Part shown: positions 24,401 to 32,523 of the stretch, piece by piece
Layout: each line of letters starts with the position of its first letter
Numbering within the stretch: position 1 is the stretch's first letter
Assembly (NCBI GenBank): GCA_964398245.1
Contig: CAYNMQ010000001.1
Location: 1 to 41,150 of the forward strand
From: an uncultured Spirochaetales bacterium
GTDB taxonomy: Bacteria; UBP6; UBA1177; JAKLFG01
DNA length: 41,150 nucleotides
Reading direction: 5' to 3'
Notes under the pieces: model-generated
Seen by the model: the letters and a program-made list of their open reading frames with translations, nothing else
What the model was told of the DNA's origin: nothing
Databases searched by the model: none
Position numbers and translations under genes: made by a program

Positions 24401-24578
24401 CGAATACACTTTACTTCTCGATCAGATGATCCTCACCCTGTTCGCCGAGATGCGGGGGATCTCCACCCTCTTTGACAAGAACGCGGTGGGGAACCTCTAC
24501 AACACCGATTTCTCGCAGCGGGTCGATATCTCGACGACGCCGTTCATGGCGACCGTCGGGCTCAGGGGAGAGTTTTAA
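21432..24578 (+). CDS. Outer-membrane TonB-dependent-receptor-like protein: signal peptide, ~190-aa Pro/Ala/Lys-rich disordered region, two carboxypeptidase-regulatory-like domains, plug-like segment and large beta-barrel (1048 aa)
   Basis: The signal peptide is MGRLLVIFVVVLGVGLSAPLYG. Two CarboxypepD_reg patterns are LKGTVADADTRKPLAGAKVT....TNSDGSFRY.....GRYTLTVEANGYKT and ITGHLKDAKTGEPVSGEIKI......VDAEGKFIL.LKPGEYTVAIPIVGYVP. The plug-like segment is GFFVDGWQVP....PALVEKSEVSYGGFSPALFDATGGAVAF. The protein has an alternating-hydrophobic barrel and a C-terminal aromatic residue (GLRGEF). Confidence 0.7.
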   Translation: MGRLLVIFVVVLGVGLSAPLYGAKKKFAPDEGVGEKKSEEAAPAAAPEKEKKDEPKAPAKKKGKKKEEDSASAVPASADKPASAPAAPADKPAQAAQPASAAPAQTPPAVAPAPAGKPAPASTAPADKPAQAAQPAQPAPAAQSASTTQPAQPASPAPAQTPPATPASASAVPAPADKPAQTPPAAQSADLTAASGPVTLKGTVADADTRKPLAGAKVTTNAFFYPAVTNSDGSFRYPMRLKPGRYTLTVEANGYKTFSQSIEVPKGVTELPVNIWLATDQSPLRSMAEHPDGRPFEPAGVQGAKKVLGERGAPATPETIPVPESTAAQPEKQEETGGVYVITGHLKDAKTGEPVSGEIKIKEQNLPVPVDAEGKFILSLKPGEYTVAIPIVGYVPEEKKITVSGNGDVTWMLTPVTREHWFYGYHEKMVKSDVARIGETPGVIAAAPRRRYDGGLTIAGSPATESGFFVDGWQVPFATHALSYEPVIHPALVEKSEVSYGGFSPALFDATGGAVAFTLRDPRSDRLGGLFDVSIFGLSVLAEGPFTENDLFAATVRKGLTDIFPRFFYEAKDGLVYNDEYDVTIVYLHKFPGNHRLRVYAFGGMDSIGLRTTNQRDGVPEHTDLLATAQSFIRLATDYTYSFTELDTMIANRLSLSYENRSYQYAFYAGGDYGLTTHLIEGLDEFRWRFNEHHLFTIGGSMRLGFFRPETEYVSLPIEGESFPVHVADKIGDPGYQPYLHPTLYAFYDLTYGGLLVRPGFVFGLDAHNEKETQWFFDPRLEVSYRFDDTMKLALSGGLYSQRPDYEIASDRWGTETLEPAHAAHAVLSFEKSFLSAYTIAVKGYYKYLYNLFRRSSADPLEFTNLGSGYAAGGALSFKIDLTDTLTGSVGYAFGISERKDSSASDYRSSDADLPHAVLLAARWTPAKEWGLYGRFSLVSGVPYSAFSGAEFVDDGVFSRYEPTPVIDRDGRVVRNGKRHGFMHTLDLGGEYTLLLDQMILTLFAEMRGISTLFDKNAVGNLYNTDFSQRVDISTTPFMATVGLRGEF
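21658..21990 (+). repeat. Imperfect coding tandem repeats (ADKPA... / PAQTPPA...) in the Pro/Ala-rich region
   Basis: The 38-nt string gctccggcggacaagccggctcaggcggcgcaaccggc occurs identically at 21690 and 21801, 111 nt (37 codons) apart. The core gcggacaagcc occurs four times, near 21663, 21696, 21807 and 21957. Confidence 0.8.
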
Positions 24579-24590
24579 GTGAGGTGTGCC

Positions 24591-25439
24591 ATGAAAAAAC
24601 ATGTTGAAGCCCTCGTAGCCCTTATAGCGATCGCCACGGCAGGATGTATCGAGAACGCGACGGTCGCGCCCGACTGGGAGGTGACCGCACCGCGCATCGT
24701 AGCGCTCACCGCCGACACGCCGGTCTTCGCGCCGGGCGATACGGTGACCTTCTCGGCGCTCGTGGTCGGTCTCGACATGGGCGCGCGGGCCAAGGCGCTC
24801 GCCGAGTGGCGGCTCGGTAACACGCTCAAGAGCATGCCGCTCGATCGCGGCGCCGCGTTCGCCATCCCGGTCGCCGAGGATCTCGATCTCTTCTTCGGCA
24901 CGGCGACCGACGGCGACTACATCGCGCATGGCCATGCGACGGTCGCCGCTACGCTCACGGTGCGGCTCGCCGACGGGAGCACGCTCATGGCGCGGAAGGA
25001 CTTTCTGCTCGCCAAGCCGTCGGTCAAGGCGTCGCTCAAGTACAAAAATCCGGCGATCGAACGGATCCTTGTGGCGGTGCCGGGCGAGGCGGGGCTCTCG
25101 CTCGAACCGGGAGAAACGGTCTCCTTACCGTCAGGTCTTGAGACGGAGCGTATCGGCTTGTCGGTCGCGCTCGTCAAGAACGATGCCATCACATGGTACC
25201 GCTACCGCTGGTATGTGGAACCGACGCCGATGGAAAAGGTCGCGCTCTACGGAAGCTCCGCCGCCACGACGGTCGAGATCTCGGTGCCGCGTCTTGCACC
25301 GGTGATGATGCATCTCGTCGTCGAGGACGCTACCGAGGAAGAGAAAGAGACACTCTATCATGGCGGCATCGCGACGCTTTCGTTCATGGTGACGATCGGC
25401 GGTGTTCCCGACGACGATGCGCTTCTCTCCGATGACTAG
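24591..25439 (+). CDS. Hypothetical lipoprotein (282 aa) immediately downstream of the receptor-like gene
   Basis: The N-terminus MKKHVEALVALIAIATAGC is a signal peptide with a lipobox-like sequence. A GAGGTG SD precedes the ATG at 24591. I recognise no catalytic motif. Confidence 0.6.
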   Translation: MKKHVEALVALIAIATAGCIENATVAPDWEVTAPRIVALTADTPVFAPGDTVTFSALVVGLDMGARAKALAEWRLGNTLKSMPLDRGAAFAIPVAEDLDLFFGTATDGDYIAHGHATVAATLTVRLADGSTLMARKDFLLAKPSVKASLKYKNPAIERILVAVPGEAGLSLEPGETVSLPSGLETERIGLSVALVKNDAITWYRYRWYVEPTPMEKVALYGSSAATTVEISVPRLAPVMMHLVVEDATEEEKETLYHGGIATLSFMVTIGGVPDDDALLSDD

Positions 25440-25470
25440 CCTCTCTGCCAAACAGGGCTGACAGACTGGC

Positions 25471-25504
25471 ATCGGGACGCCGGACGACGCCCGATTTTCT
25501 TCTA
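25471..25504 (+). terminator. Probable intrinsic terminator after the lipoprotein gene
   Basis: The stem atcggg(a)cg ... cgcccgat lies at 25471-25495 and is followed by ttttcttct. It falls between the stop at 25439 and the T2SS cluster. Confidence 0.45.
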
Positions 25505-25585
25505 ACTGATTGACATTGCTTTTGTTAATTTGCGGCACGGCGGTTGCTTCCCCTGCCCGTTCCGTGTTCTGTAGAGGAGAAACGA

Positions 25586-26554
25586 GTGAGAAACCGCGCC
25601 CTTTTCGGCTTTCTGCTTTTTGTTGCGCTTTCGTTCGCCTTTTTTTCACTCTATGCCCTTCTCGTCTCGTTCTTCGTGCCGGAAGAAGCGGTCTCTGTTC
25701 CGGCTCCCGACAAAAAGGAGGTCCCGGTGACCGAAACGCCGTCGGAAGAGGTCCTCCGCTTCGGCTCTCAGAGCAGTCAGAGCGCCTTGCCCAATGTCTT
25801 CGACGCGACGATGCGCGAGGTGACGCTTCTCGCCGAGGAGAACCCCGAGGCGCTCTCGAAGCCGAAAGAGGTGACCATCGAGGAGATCAACGAACTGCTG
25901 GATAATCCCCAGCGATGTCAGGTCCTTTCCGGTTACGCTCTCTTGGGGACAGGGCTTGCGGTTCCCGAAAGCGAGTCGTTCGTCATCCTCTCGGGAACGG
26001 CCAAGGCGGCGCCGAGGGCGGGGGGCGGCGGCGGCGAGCAGCAGGTGTTCCTTCTGCGGGTCGACGGCGAGCTCGATACGGGAACGGTGCTTGCGGCGGT
26101 GCGACGCAATCTCGCCGCGTTCAAGACGCCCTCGGGGGTGCGCTGGCTCGTCGAGAATGTCGGCAAGGAATCGGCCATGGGGACCGATGATAGAAAAGAG
26201 GTGGCCACCGCTCCGGGTGATCTGAATGTTCAGCAGACCGGACCCAACAGTTACCGGGTCAGCCGCGACGACCTCAACCGCGCGACGGCGAGCCTCAACA
26301 GTCTCGCCTCCGAGGCGCGTATCGTGCCCGACAAGCAGGAGAACGGATTCAAGATATTCTCTATCCGTCCCGGGAGCATCTGGCAGAAGATAGGTGTCCA
26401 GAACGGCGATGTGATAAAGAGTATCAACGGCATCGAGCTTTCGAGTCCCGACAAAGCGCTCGAGGCATACGGCCGCCTGCGGAACGCGAACAAGATAAGC
26501 CTTGACATCGTGCGGCGCGGAAAGCGGGAGACCATGGAATATACGATAGATTGA
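25586..26554 (+). CDS. gspC: Type II secretion system protein GspC (N-terminal TM, C-terminal PDZ domain)
   Basis: The TM helix is ALFGFLLFVALSFAFFSLYALLVSFF. The PDZ-like segment is GFKIFSIRPGSIWQKIGVQNGDVIKSINGIELSSPDKALEAY. The gene lies directly upstream of gspD. I prefer the GTG start at 25586 (GAGGAG 6 nt upstream) over the track start at 25544; the start is uncertain. Confidence 0.65.
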   Translation: MRNRALFGFLLFVALSFAFFSLYALLVSFFVPEEAVSVPAPDKKEVPVTETPSEEVLRFGSQSSQSALPNVFDATMREVTLLAEENPEALSKPKEVTIEEINELLDNPQRCQVLSGYALLGTGLAVPESESFVILSGTAKAAPRAGGGGGEQQVFLLRVDGELDTGTVLAAVRRNLAAFKTPSGVRWLVENVGKESAMGTDDRKEVATAPGDLNVQQTGPNSYRVSRDDLNRATASLNSLASEARIVPDKQENGFKIFSIRPGSIWQKIGVQNGDVIKSINGIELSSPDKALEAYGRLRNANKISLDIVRRGKRETMEYTID

Positions 26555-26572
26555 GGAAAGGAGATAGGAATC

Positions 26573-29137
26573 ATGCGTCACGCAGTCCGGGTGTTGTTGG
26601 TCCTCTTCGCCGCCGTTGTCGCGGCGCAGGAACCGAATGATGTGCAGTTCCCGATAAAGGCTTCGCCGGGGCTCACCGCTCCCTTGAAGGTGAACAAGAC
26701 GATAACCTCTCCCGTAAAGAAAAAGGACGACAAGAAGAAGAAAGAGGAAAAAGAACGGATCAAAGAGAAGGAGCGCCCCATCGGCGCGCCGGCGCCGACG
26801 ACGGGCGCCGCCGCCGGCGATCAGCCGGCCACGCCGCCGCCGCCCTCCGACAGCCCCGAGCGGCCTTCCGGCGCCGACAAGACGGTCACCATCGAGGCGA
26901 AACACGAGCGGCCGATCAGCAAGAACGCCAAGGTGCACCTCGACTTTCCCGATACCGACCTCCTCGCCGTCATCAAGTACTTCAGCGAGATAACGGGACG
27001 CAACTTCATCCTGCAGGAACGGCTCGCGAAGGCGAAGGTCACCATCATGTCGCCGGTGCCGGTCACGATAGACGAGGCGTGGCGTACCTTTCTTACGCTC
27101 CTTTCGGTCAACAACATCTCGATCGTCGAAAGCGGGAAGTTCCTCCTCATCATGAACGAAAAGGACACCATCACGCAGGGAATGTCGGTGGTGAAAGAGG
27201 ACAACATCCCGAATGTGTTCAAGATGGTGGCGACCATCCTCAAGTTCAAGTATGTGCCTGCCTCCGAGATGGACAAGGTGATCCGCATCTTCCGCGACAA
27301 GGGTGGCGAATCGCTCATCTTCGACGAGAAGACCATCATCCTCGTGGATTACGCCGCGAACATCCGCAAGATACTCGAACTCACCCGCGACCTCGATCAG
27401 CCGACGGAGGCCGACACGGCGCGGCTTCACTTCGTCAGGCTTTCGAATATCGCCCCGAGCGACGCGAAGAAGCTGATAGATGAGATCTTCAAGGATTTCG
27501 TCGCCAAGGGAGGAAAACAGCAAAAGAAGGATGCGGGGACCCCGGCGCTCGGCGGCGTCGCCGAGGGACAGCAACCTGCTCCCCAGCCGGCTCAGCCGGA
27601 GGGACAGACCGCTGCCGACGAAGGAAAAGGGGCCATCTCCTCGATGTATGTGCAGATCGTCGCCGACGACCGCAACGAACAGCTGATCGTGCTCGCGAAC
27701 AAGACCACCTTCGACCTCGTTCTGCAGGTCATCAAGAAAATAGACCGCGAGATCGAAGGCGAGGGCGAGATCCATGTGTATAAGCTTCAGAATGCCAAGG
27801 CGAAGGATCTCGTGAACACCCTTACGAATCTCGTGAAATCGGGAAAGTCTCAGCAGAAGCAGGGGCAGAAAGGGGCGACCGAGGTCTTCGAGGGAGAGAT
27901 AAACATCTCGGCGAACGAGGCGACCAACTCGCTCGTCATCGTTTCCTCTCTCCGCGACTTCCGCAATCTCAAGAAGGTGATCGAAGAGCTCGATGTGCGC
28001 CGCAAGCAGGTGTTCGTCGAGGCGGTCATCATGGAGGTGAAGGTCTCGGAGAACCTCGAGTACGGCACCGCGTTCGCGGCGGGCGGGTTCGAGACGAAGA
28101 TCGGCGGCGAGAAGGTGCCGGTCTTCTTCGGCAAGGCCTTCACGACGCCGACGCCGGGACTCGTCGCGGGACTTTTGGGCCCGGTCCTCTCGGGGACCGA
28201 AACGATGGGCGGCGGTCTCAGTCCCATCGCCGGCATCCCGTCGCTCGGCATCCTCTGGAACGCGCTCAAGAACGACTCGAATGTCAATGTCATGTCGACG
28301 CCGCACATCCTCACCACCGACAACGAAGAGGCCGAGATCGTCGTCGGCGACACGATACCGTTCCCCTCGGGGAACATCATCTCGGGAACGGCGGGGAGCC
28401 AGATCACCTACAAGCGCGAGGATGTCGCGCTCAAACTCAAGATAAAGCCACAGATAAACGAAAGCGGCTACATGACCCTGCAGGTCGATCAGGAGGTCAC
28501 CGAGCTCGGTCCGATGACCGACTACGGATTCACCACTTCGAAACGCGCCGCGAAGACCATCATCAACGCCGAGGACCAGCAGACGGTCGTCATCGGCGGC
28601 CTCATGAAGGACATCGTGACCGAGGGCGACTCGAAGATACCGATCCTCGGCGACATCCCGGTCATCGGCGCGCTCTTCAAGTACACCAAGAACAAGAAGG
28701 AGAAGGTCAACCTCCTCATCATCCTCACGCCGCACATCGTCGAGGGCAAGGAGGACTTCGAGCGCATCTACAAGCGGAAGATGGAAGAACGCGACGAGTT
28801 CGCGAAGAAATTCTACGGTTCCATCAAGGACTACGAGCGGAGCGTCACGCTCGCCAAGAAACGCGGCGCGCTCCTCGCGATGGCCAAACTGCTCGACGAC
28901 GACCGCCGTCGCGAGGAAGAGGAGATGGAACGGCTCAGGAGCCGCCGCGGGGACAAAGGCATCCTCATCGGCCCCGGCGGCGAGCAGAAAGAGATAGATC
29001 TCGACCGTAAGACGCCGCCGGCGGTCGCGCCGGTGGAACCGGGTCCCGCTTCTGCGCCCGCAGAGCCGCCGGCCCGCGAAGACACGCTGGTGCCGCCGGT
29101 CGAAGAGGCGGTGCCGCCGCTCGAGGAACAGCCATGA
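26573..29137 (+). CDS. gspD: Type II secretion system secretin GspD (854 aa) with a Lys/Glu/Pro-rich N-terminal linker and a 131-aa C-terminal tail
   Basis: The signal peptide is MRHAVRVLLVLFAAVVAAQ. The N0 domain has the pattern LDFPDTDLLAVIKYFSEITGRNFI. The N1-N3 domains repeat the pattern (VYKLQNAKAKDLVNTL). The secretin core is TPHILTTDNEEAEIVVGD..PF...........Y.REDVALKLKIKPQIN..G.MTLQVDQEV and IPILGDIPVIGALFK......KVNLLIILTPHIV. Confidence 0.92.
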   Translation: MRHAVRVLLVLFAAVVAAQEPNDVQFPIKASPGLTAPLKVNKTITSPVKKKDDKKKKEEKERIKEKERPIGAPAPTTGAAAGDQPATPPPPSDSPERPSGADKTVTIEAKHERPISKNAKVHLDFPDTDLLAVIKYFSEITGRNFILQERLAKAKVTIMSPVPVTIDEAWRTFLTLLSVNNISIVESGKFLLIMNEKDTITQGMSVVKEDNIPNVFKMVATILKFKYVPASEMDKVIRIFRDKGGESLIFDEKTIILVDYAANIRKILELTRDLDQPTEADTARLHFVRLSNIAPSDAKKLIDEIFKDFVAKGGKQQKKDAGTPALGGVAEGQQPAPQPAQPEGQTAADEGKGAISSMYVQIVADDRNEQLIVLANKTTFDLVLQVIKKIDREIEGEGEIHVYKLQNAKAKDLVNTLTNLVKSGKSQQKQGQKGATEVFEGEINISANEATNSLVIVSSLRDFRNLKKVIEELDVRRKQVFVEAVIMEVKVSENLEYGTAFAAGGFETKIGGEKVPVFFGKAFTTPTPGLVAGLLGPVLSGTETMGGGLSPIAGIPSLGILWNALKNDSNVNVMSTPHILTTDNEEAEIVVGDTIPFPSGNIISGTAGSQITYKREDVALKLKIKPQINESGYMTLQVDQEVTELGPMTDYGFTTSKRAAKTIINAEDQQTVVIGGLMKDIVTEGDSKIPILGDIPVIGALFKYTKNKKEKVNLLIILTPHIVEGKEDFERIYKRKMEERDEFAKKFYGSIKDYERSVTLAKKRGALLAMAKLLDDDRRREEEEMERLRSRRGDKGILIGPGGEQKEIDLDRKTPPAVAPVEPGPASAPAEPPAREDTLVPPVEEAVPPLEEQP

Positions 29138-30825
29138 GGAAACTCATCGGGGAGATACTCGCCGCGCGCGGCTTCGTCGCTCCGCCGGTGGTCGAGGAGG
29201 CCTTCCGCAAACAGGGGGAAGGCGACCGGCGCCGCATCGGCGAGATCCTGCGCACATCGGGCGCGGTCACGACCGATCAGGTCGGTTTCGCGCTCGCCGA
29301 ACAGGCGGGGTTCCCGCTCGTCGAGAAGGACCTCACGGCGCGTCAGGACATCTCGCTCCTTGCGCGTTTTCCCATTTTCCTTGCGCGCCGCTTCAACGCG
29401 CTTCCTCTTTTCGTCGAGAACGATCATCTCGTCGTCGCGACGGCCGATCCCGACGACCGCCTGCTTCTCAACCAGTTGTTCCTTCTGTACGGGGCCACCG
29501 TCGTGCCGCTCATGCTCGACGAGAAGCGGGTGACCGAACTCATCAACAACGCCTACAGCCGCATAGAGACGACCGAAGGGACGCTCAACGAGGAGGAGTT
29601 CCGGGACATGGCCGACGAAGAGGGCGGCGTGCTTCCCGACCTCATCGACTCGAACGACGAGGCGCCCATCATCCGCTTCGTCAACGCGATGGTGGCGAAG
29701 GCGGTCAAGGAGCGCGCCTCCGACATCCACTTCGAATCGTTCGAGGACGAGATGTTCGTCCGTTTCCGGCGCGACGGCAAGCTCTATGTCGTGCAGAAGG
29801 TGCCGAAGGCGGCGCAGGCGGGCCTCATCACCCGCGTCAAGCTCATGGCGCGGCTCAACATCGCCGAGCAACGCCTGCCGCCGGCCGGCCCCCTCAGGAT
29901 ACGCGTCGCCGGCAACGACATAGACTTCCGCGTCTCGACGCTTCCGTCGGTCCACGGCGAATCGGTGGTGCTCCGCATCCTTGACAAGACGACGCTGCAA
30001 CTGTCGCTCGACAATTGCGGCTTCAATCAGCGGGACCTCAAGATCATGCGGCAGATGATCCGCAAGAAGCACGGCATCTTCCTCGTCACCGGTCCCACCG
30101 GTTCGGGAAAGACCACGACGCTCTACTCGGCGCTCACCGAGATAAACTCGCCCGATGTGAAGATCATCACCGAGGAGGACCCGGTCGAATATCATCTCAA
30201 AGGGGTCAACCAGATACACATCAACCCGAAGATCGGGCTCACCTTCGCGGCGGGACTGCGCCACATCCTGCGACAGGACCCCGACATCATCATGGTCGGC
30301 GAGATACGCGACCGCGAGACGGCCGACATCGCGATACAGGCGTCGCTCACCGGGCACCTCGTCTTCTCGACGCTTCACACCAACGACGCGCCGAGCGCCT
30401 TCACGCGCCTCATCGACATGGAGGTGGAGCCGTTCCTCATCGCCTCGACCGTCATCGGTGTGCTCGCCCAGCGCCTGGTGCGCAAGCTGTGCGTCCACTG
30501 CCGCGAGCCCTACCACCCCGACCATTCCATCCTTCGCGAGCTGGGGCTCGATCCGAACGAATACCGCGATCATCTTTTCTATCAGGCGGTCGGCTGTGAC
30601 CGCTGCGCGCACACCGGCTATCAGGGGCGGACCGGCATCTTCGAACTGCTCATCGTGGACGACGACACCCGCCGGGCGGTGATGAACCGGCAGGACGCCT
30701 CGGTGCTCAAGAAGATCGCCGCCGCGGCCGGGATGCTCACGCTCCGCGAAGACGGCGCGATGAAGGCGGTGAAAGGGATCACCTCGCCCGACGAGGTCCT
30801 GCTCAGGACACAGGAGGACGCCTGA
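29134..30825 (+). CDS. gspE: Type II secretion ATPase GspE (563 aa) with an MshEN-type N-terminal domain
   Basis: Walker A is GPTGSGKTTT. The Asp box and Walker B are DPDIIMVGEIRD, and the His box is GHLVFSTLHTNDA. The tetracysteine motif is CVHC...CDRC. An ATGA overlap links it to gspD. Confidence 0.93.
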   Translation: MRKLIGEILAARGFVAPPVVEEAFRKQGEGDRRRIGEILRTSGAVTTDQVGFALAEQAGFPLVEKDLTARQDISLLARFPIFLARRFNALPLFVENDHLVVATADPDDRLLLNQLFLLYGATVVPLMLDEKRVTELINNAYSRIETTEGTLNEEEFRDMADEEGGVLPDLIDSNDEAPIIRFVNAMVAKAVKERASDIHFESFEDEMFVRFRRDGKLYVVQKVPKAAQAGLITRVKLMARLNIAEQRLPPAGPLRIRVAGNDIDFRVSTLPSVHGESVVLRILDKTTLQLSLDNCGFNQRDLKIMRQMIRKKHGIFLVTGPTGSGKTTTLYSALTEINSPDVKIITEEDPVEYHLKGVNQIHINPKIGLTFAAGLRHILRQDPDIIMVGEIRDRETADIAIQASLTGHLVFSTLHTNDAPSAFTRLIDMEVEPFLIASTVIGVLAQRLVRKLCVHCREPYHPDHSILRELGLDPNEYRDHLFYQAVGCDRCAHTGYQGRTGIFELLIVDDDTRRAVMNRQDASVLKKIAAAAGMLTLREDGAMKAVKGITSPDEVLLRTQEDA

Positions 30826-32048
30826 TGCCGCTGTACGCCTACAAGGTCATAGACCGTTCGGGACGCGAGAAACGCGGGGTCGCCGAGGCCGAATCGCGCG
30901 CCGCGATCAAGGGCCGCTTTCAGGCGGAGGGCTGGTTCGTCGTCGAACTCTCCGAAAAGGCCTCGGGAGAGCGCTTCTCATCGTTCAAGAAACTGCTCGC
31001 CCTGCGCCGCCGCCGTGCGCCGCTCGACGAGATCGCGGCGATGACGCGGCTCCTCGCGACGCTTCAGCGGGCGCAGATACCGCTCGTCGAGGCGATCGCC
31101 GCGGTCGCCCAGCAGCAGGAGCATCCGCGGCTCAAGGAGGTGCTCCTGCTCGTCAAGACCAAGATGCAGGAAGGCTACAGCTTCTCCCGCGCGGCGCGCG
31201 ACTTCCCCGATGTCTTCAGTCCGCTCTACTGCAATATGCTCGCGGCGGGCGAGGAATCGGGCGCGACCGAAGCGGTCCTTCAGCGGCTCGCCGATTTCCT
31301 CGAGGCGCAGGTCGACCTCTATAACCGCGTCCGCTCGGCGATGACCTATCCCATCATCCTTCTCGTCGTCGCGGTCCTCGTGATAAGCCTGTTGTTCACC
31401 GTCGTGGTGCCGAAGCTCTCGCAGATGTTCGAGGATGTGAACATGGTGCTCCCGCTCCAGACGCGGATACTCATCGGCGTCAGCACCATCGTTCATGACT
31501 GGTGGTGGCTCGTCATCATCCTTGCGGCGGGCGCCTACGCCGGATTCCGCTACTGGCGCAAGACCGACGCCGGCGATCTGCGCTGGAACCGTTTCCTCAT
31601 CACGATGCCGATCTTCGGGCGCATCAACCGGATGGTGGCGATAGCGCGCTTCGCGAAGACCTTGGCGACGCTCCTCTCCTCGGGCGTGCCGATCCTGACC
31701 GCCCTCGACATCGTGCGCAAGGTCATCGGCAACCGGGTCATCGAGGAGGCGGTCGCGTTGACCCGGGAGAACATCAAGGAGGGAGAGTCCATCGCCGTGC
31801 CCCTCAGACGGAGCGGCGAGTTCCCCCCCATCGTGATACAGATGATCGCGATCGGCGAGAAGTCGGGAGAGCTCGAGGGAATGCTCGAGACGCTCGCCGG
31901 TTCGTACGAAAAGGAGGTCGGCTATGCGCTCCAGCGGCTCACCGCGATGATCAACCCGATCATGATCGTGTTCCTCGCGCTCGTCGTCGGGTTCATCGTC
32001 TTCGCGGTCGTCATGCCGATACTCAAACTCAACGAAGCGGTCGGTTAG
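30825..32048 (+). CDS. gspF: Type II secretion inner-membrane platform protein GspF (407 aa)
   Basis: The protein has duplicated GspF domains (LATLQRAQIPLVEAI.....Q and LATLLSSGVPILTALDIV) and GE.SG.L motifs (AAGEESGA, IGEKSGEL), with three TM segments. Confidence 0.92.
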   Translation: MPLYAYKVIDRSGREKRGVAEAESRAAIKGRFQAEGWFVVELSEKASGERFSSFKKLLALRRRRAPLDEIAAMTRLLATLQRAQIPLVEAIAAVAQQQEHPRLKEVLLLVKTKMQEGYSFSRAARDFPDVFSPLYCNMLAAGEESGATEAVLQRLADFLEAQVDLYNRVRSAMTYPIILLVVAVLVISLLFTVVVPKLSQMFEDVNMVLPLQTRILIGVSTIVHDWWWLVIILAAGAYAGFRYWRKTDAGDLRWNRFLITMPIFGRINRMVAIARFAKTLATLLSSGVPILTALDIVRKVIGNRVIEEAVALTRENIKEGESIAVPLRRSGEFPPIVIQMIAIGEKSGELEGMLETLAGSYEKEVGYALQRLTAMINPIMIVFLALVVGFIVFAVVMPILKLNEAVG

Positions 32049-32069
32049 AACCATAGGATGGAGGAACAC

Positions 32070-32486
32070 ATGGTACACGACATCGTAAAGGCGCTCTTCA
32101 GGGCGCGCGCGGTCCCGACGGGATTCTCGCTCCTCGAGATCATGGTCGTCATCACGATCATGGCGATGATCATGGGCGCGATCTCGGTCGGCGTCATGAC
32201 CTACCTCGACAAGGCGAAGGCGAAGCAGGCGGCGATGGACATCAAGACCATCTCGAACGCGCTCGACCTCTACAAGAGCGAGTTCGGCAAGTATCCCGAC
32301 AATCTCGATGCGCTCGTCAAGGAGAAGATCCTCAAGGAGAAGAAGGTGCCCAAGGATCCGTGGAGCAACGAGTATGTGTACATCAATCCCGGCTCGAACA
32401 ACTCGGACGGGTTCGACCTCTACTCGTTCGGCAAGGACGGGCGCGAAGGAGGCGGCGACGACATCACCAACTGGGAGGAGGAGTAG
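32070..32486 (+). CDS. gspG: Major pseudopilin GspG (about 138 aa from the ATG at 32070; an alternative ATG lies at 32058)
   Basis: The prepilin processing site is G|FSLLEIMVVITIMAMIMG. The GspG core is AKAKQAAMDIKTISNALDLYKSEFGKYP..L..L...........PKDPWSNEYVY..PG....FDLYSFGKDG. The GGAGGA at 32060-32065 favours the ATG at 32070. Confidence 0.9.
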   Translation: MVHDIVKALFRARAVPTGFSLLEIMVVITIMAMIMGAISVGVMTYLDKAKAKQAAMDIKTISNALDLYKSEFGKYPDNLDALVKEKILKEKKVPKDPWSNEYVYINPGSNNSDGFDLYSFGKDGREGGGDDITNWEEE

Positions 32487-32523
32487 GGGCGGACGGCGTC
32501 CGTCCTTTCGAGAGGAGACGGCT

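Noticed and set aside
25510-25515. TTGACA hexamer upstream of gspC as an operon promoter
   Set aside because: No acceptable -10 hexamer lies at 16-18 nt spacing; only TAATTT at 10 nt. I therefore did not call it as a promoter feature.
25646-28735. 1029-aa minus-strand ORF
   Set aside because: It is antisense to gspC and gspD, which have strong motif support. Its composition is dominated by R, D, E, L, H and G, it has no motifs, and stop codons are simply rare in this frame at high GC.
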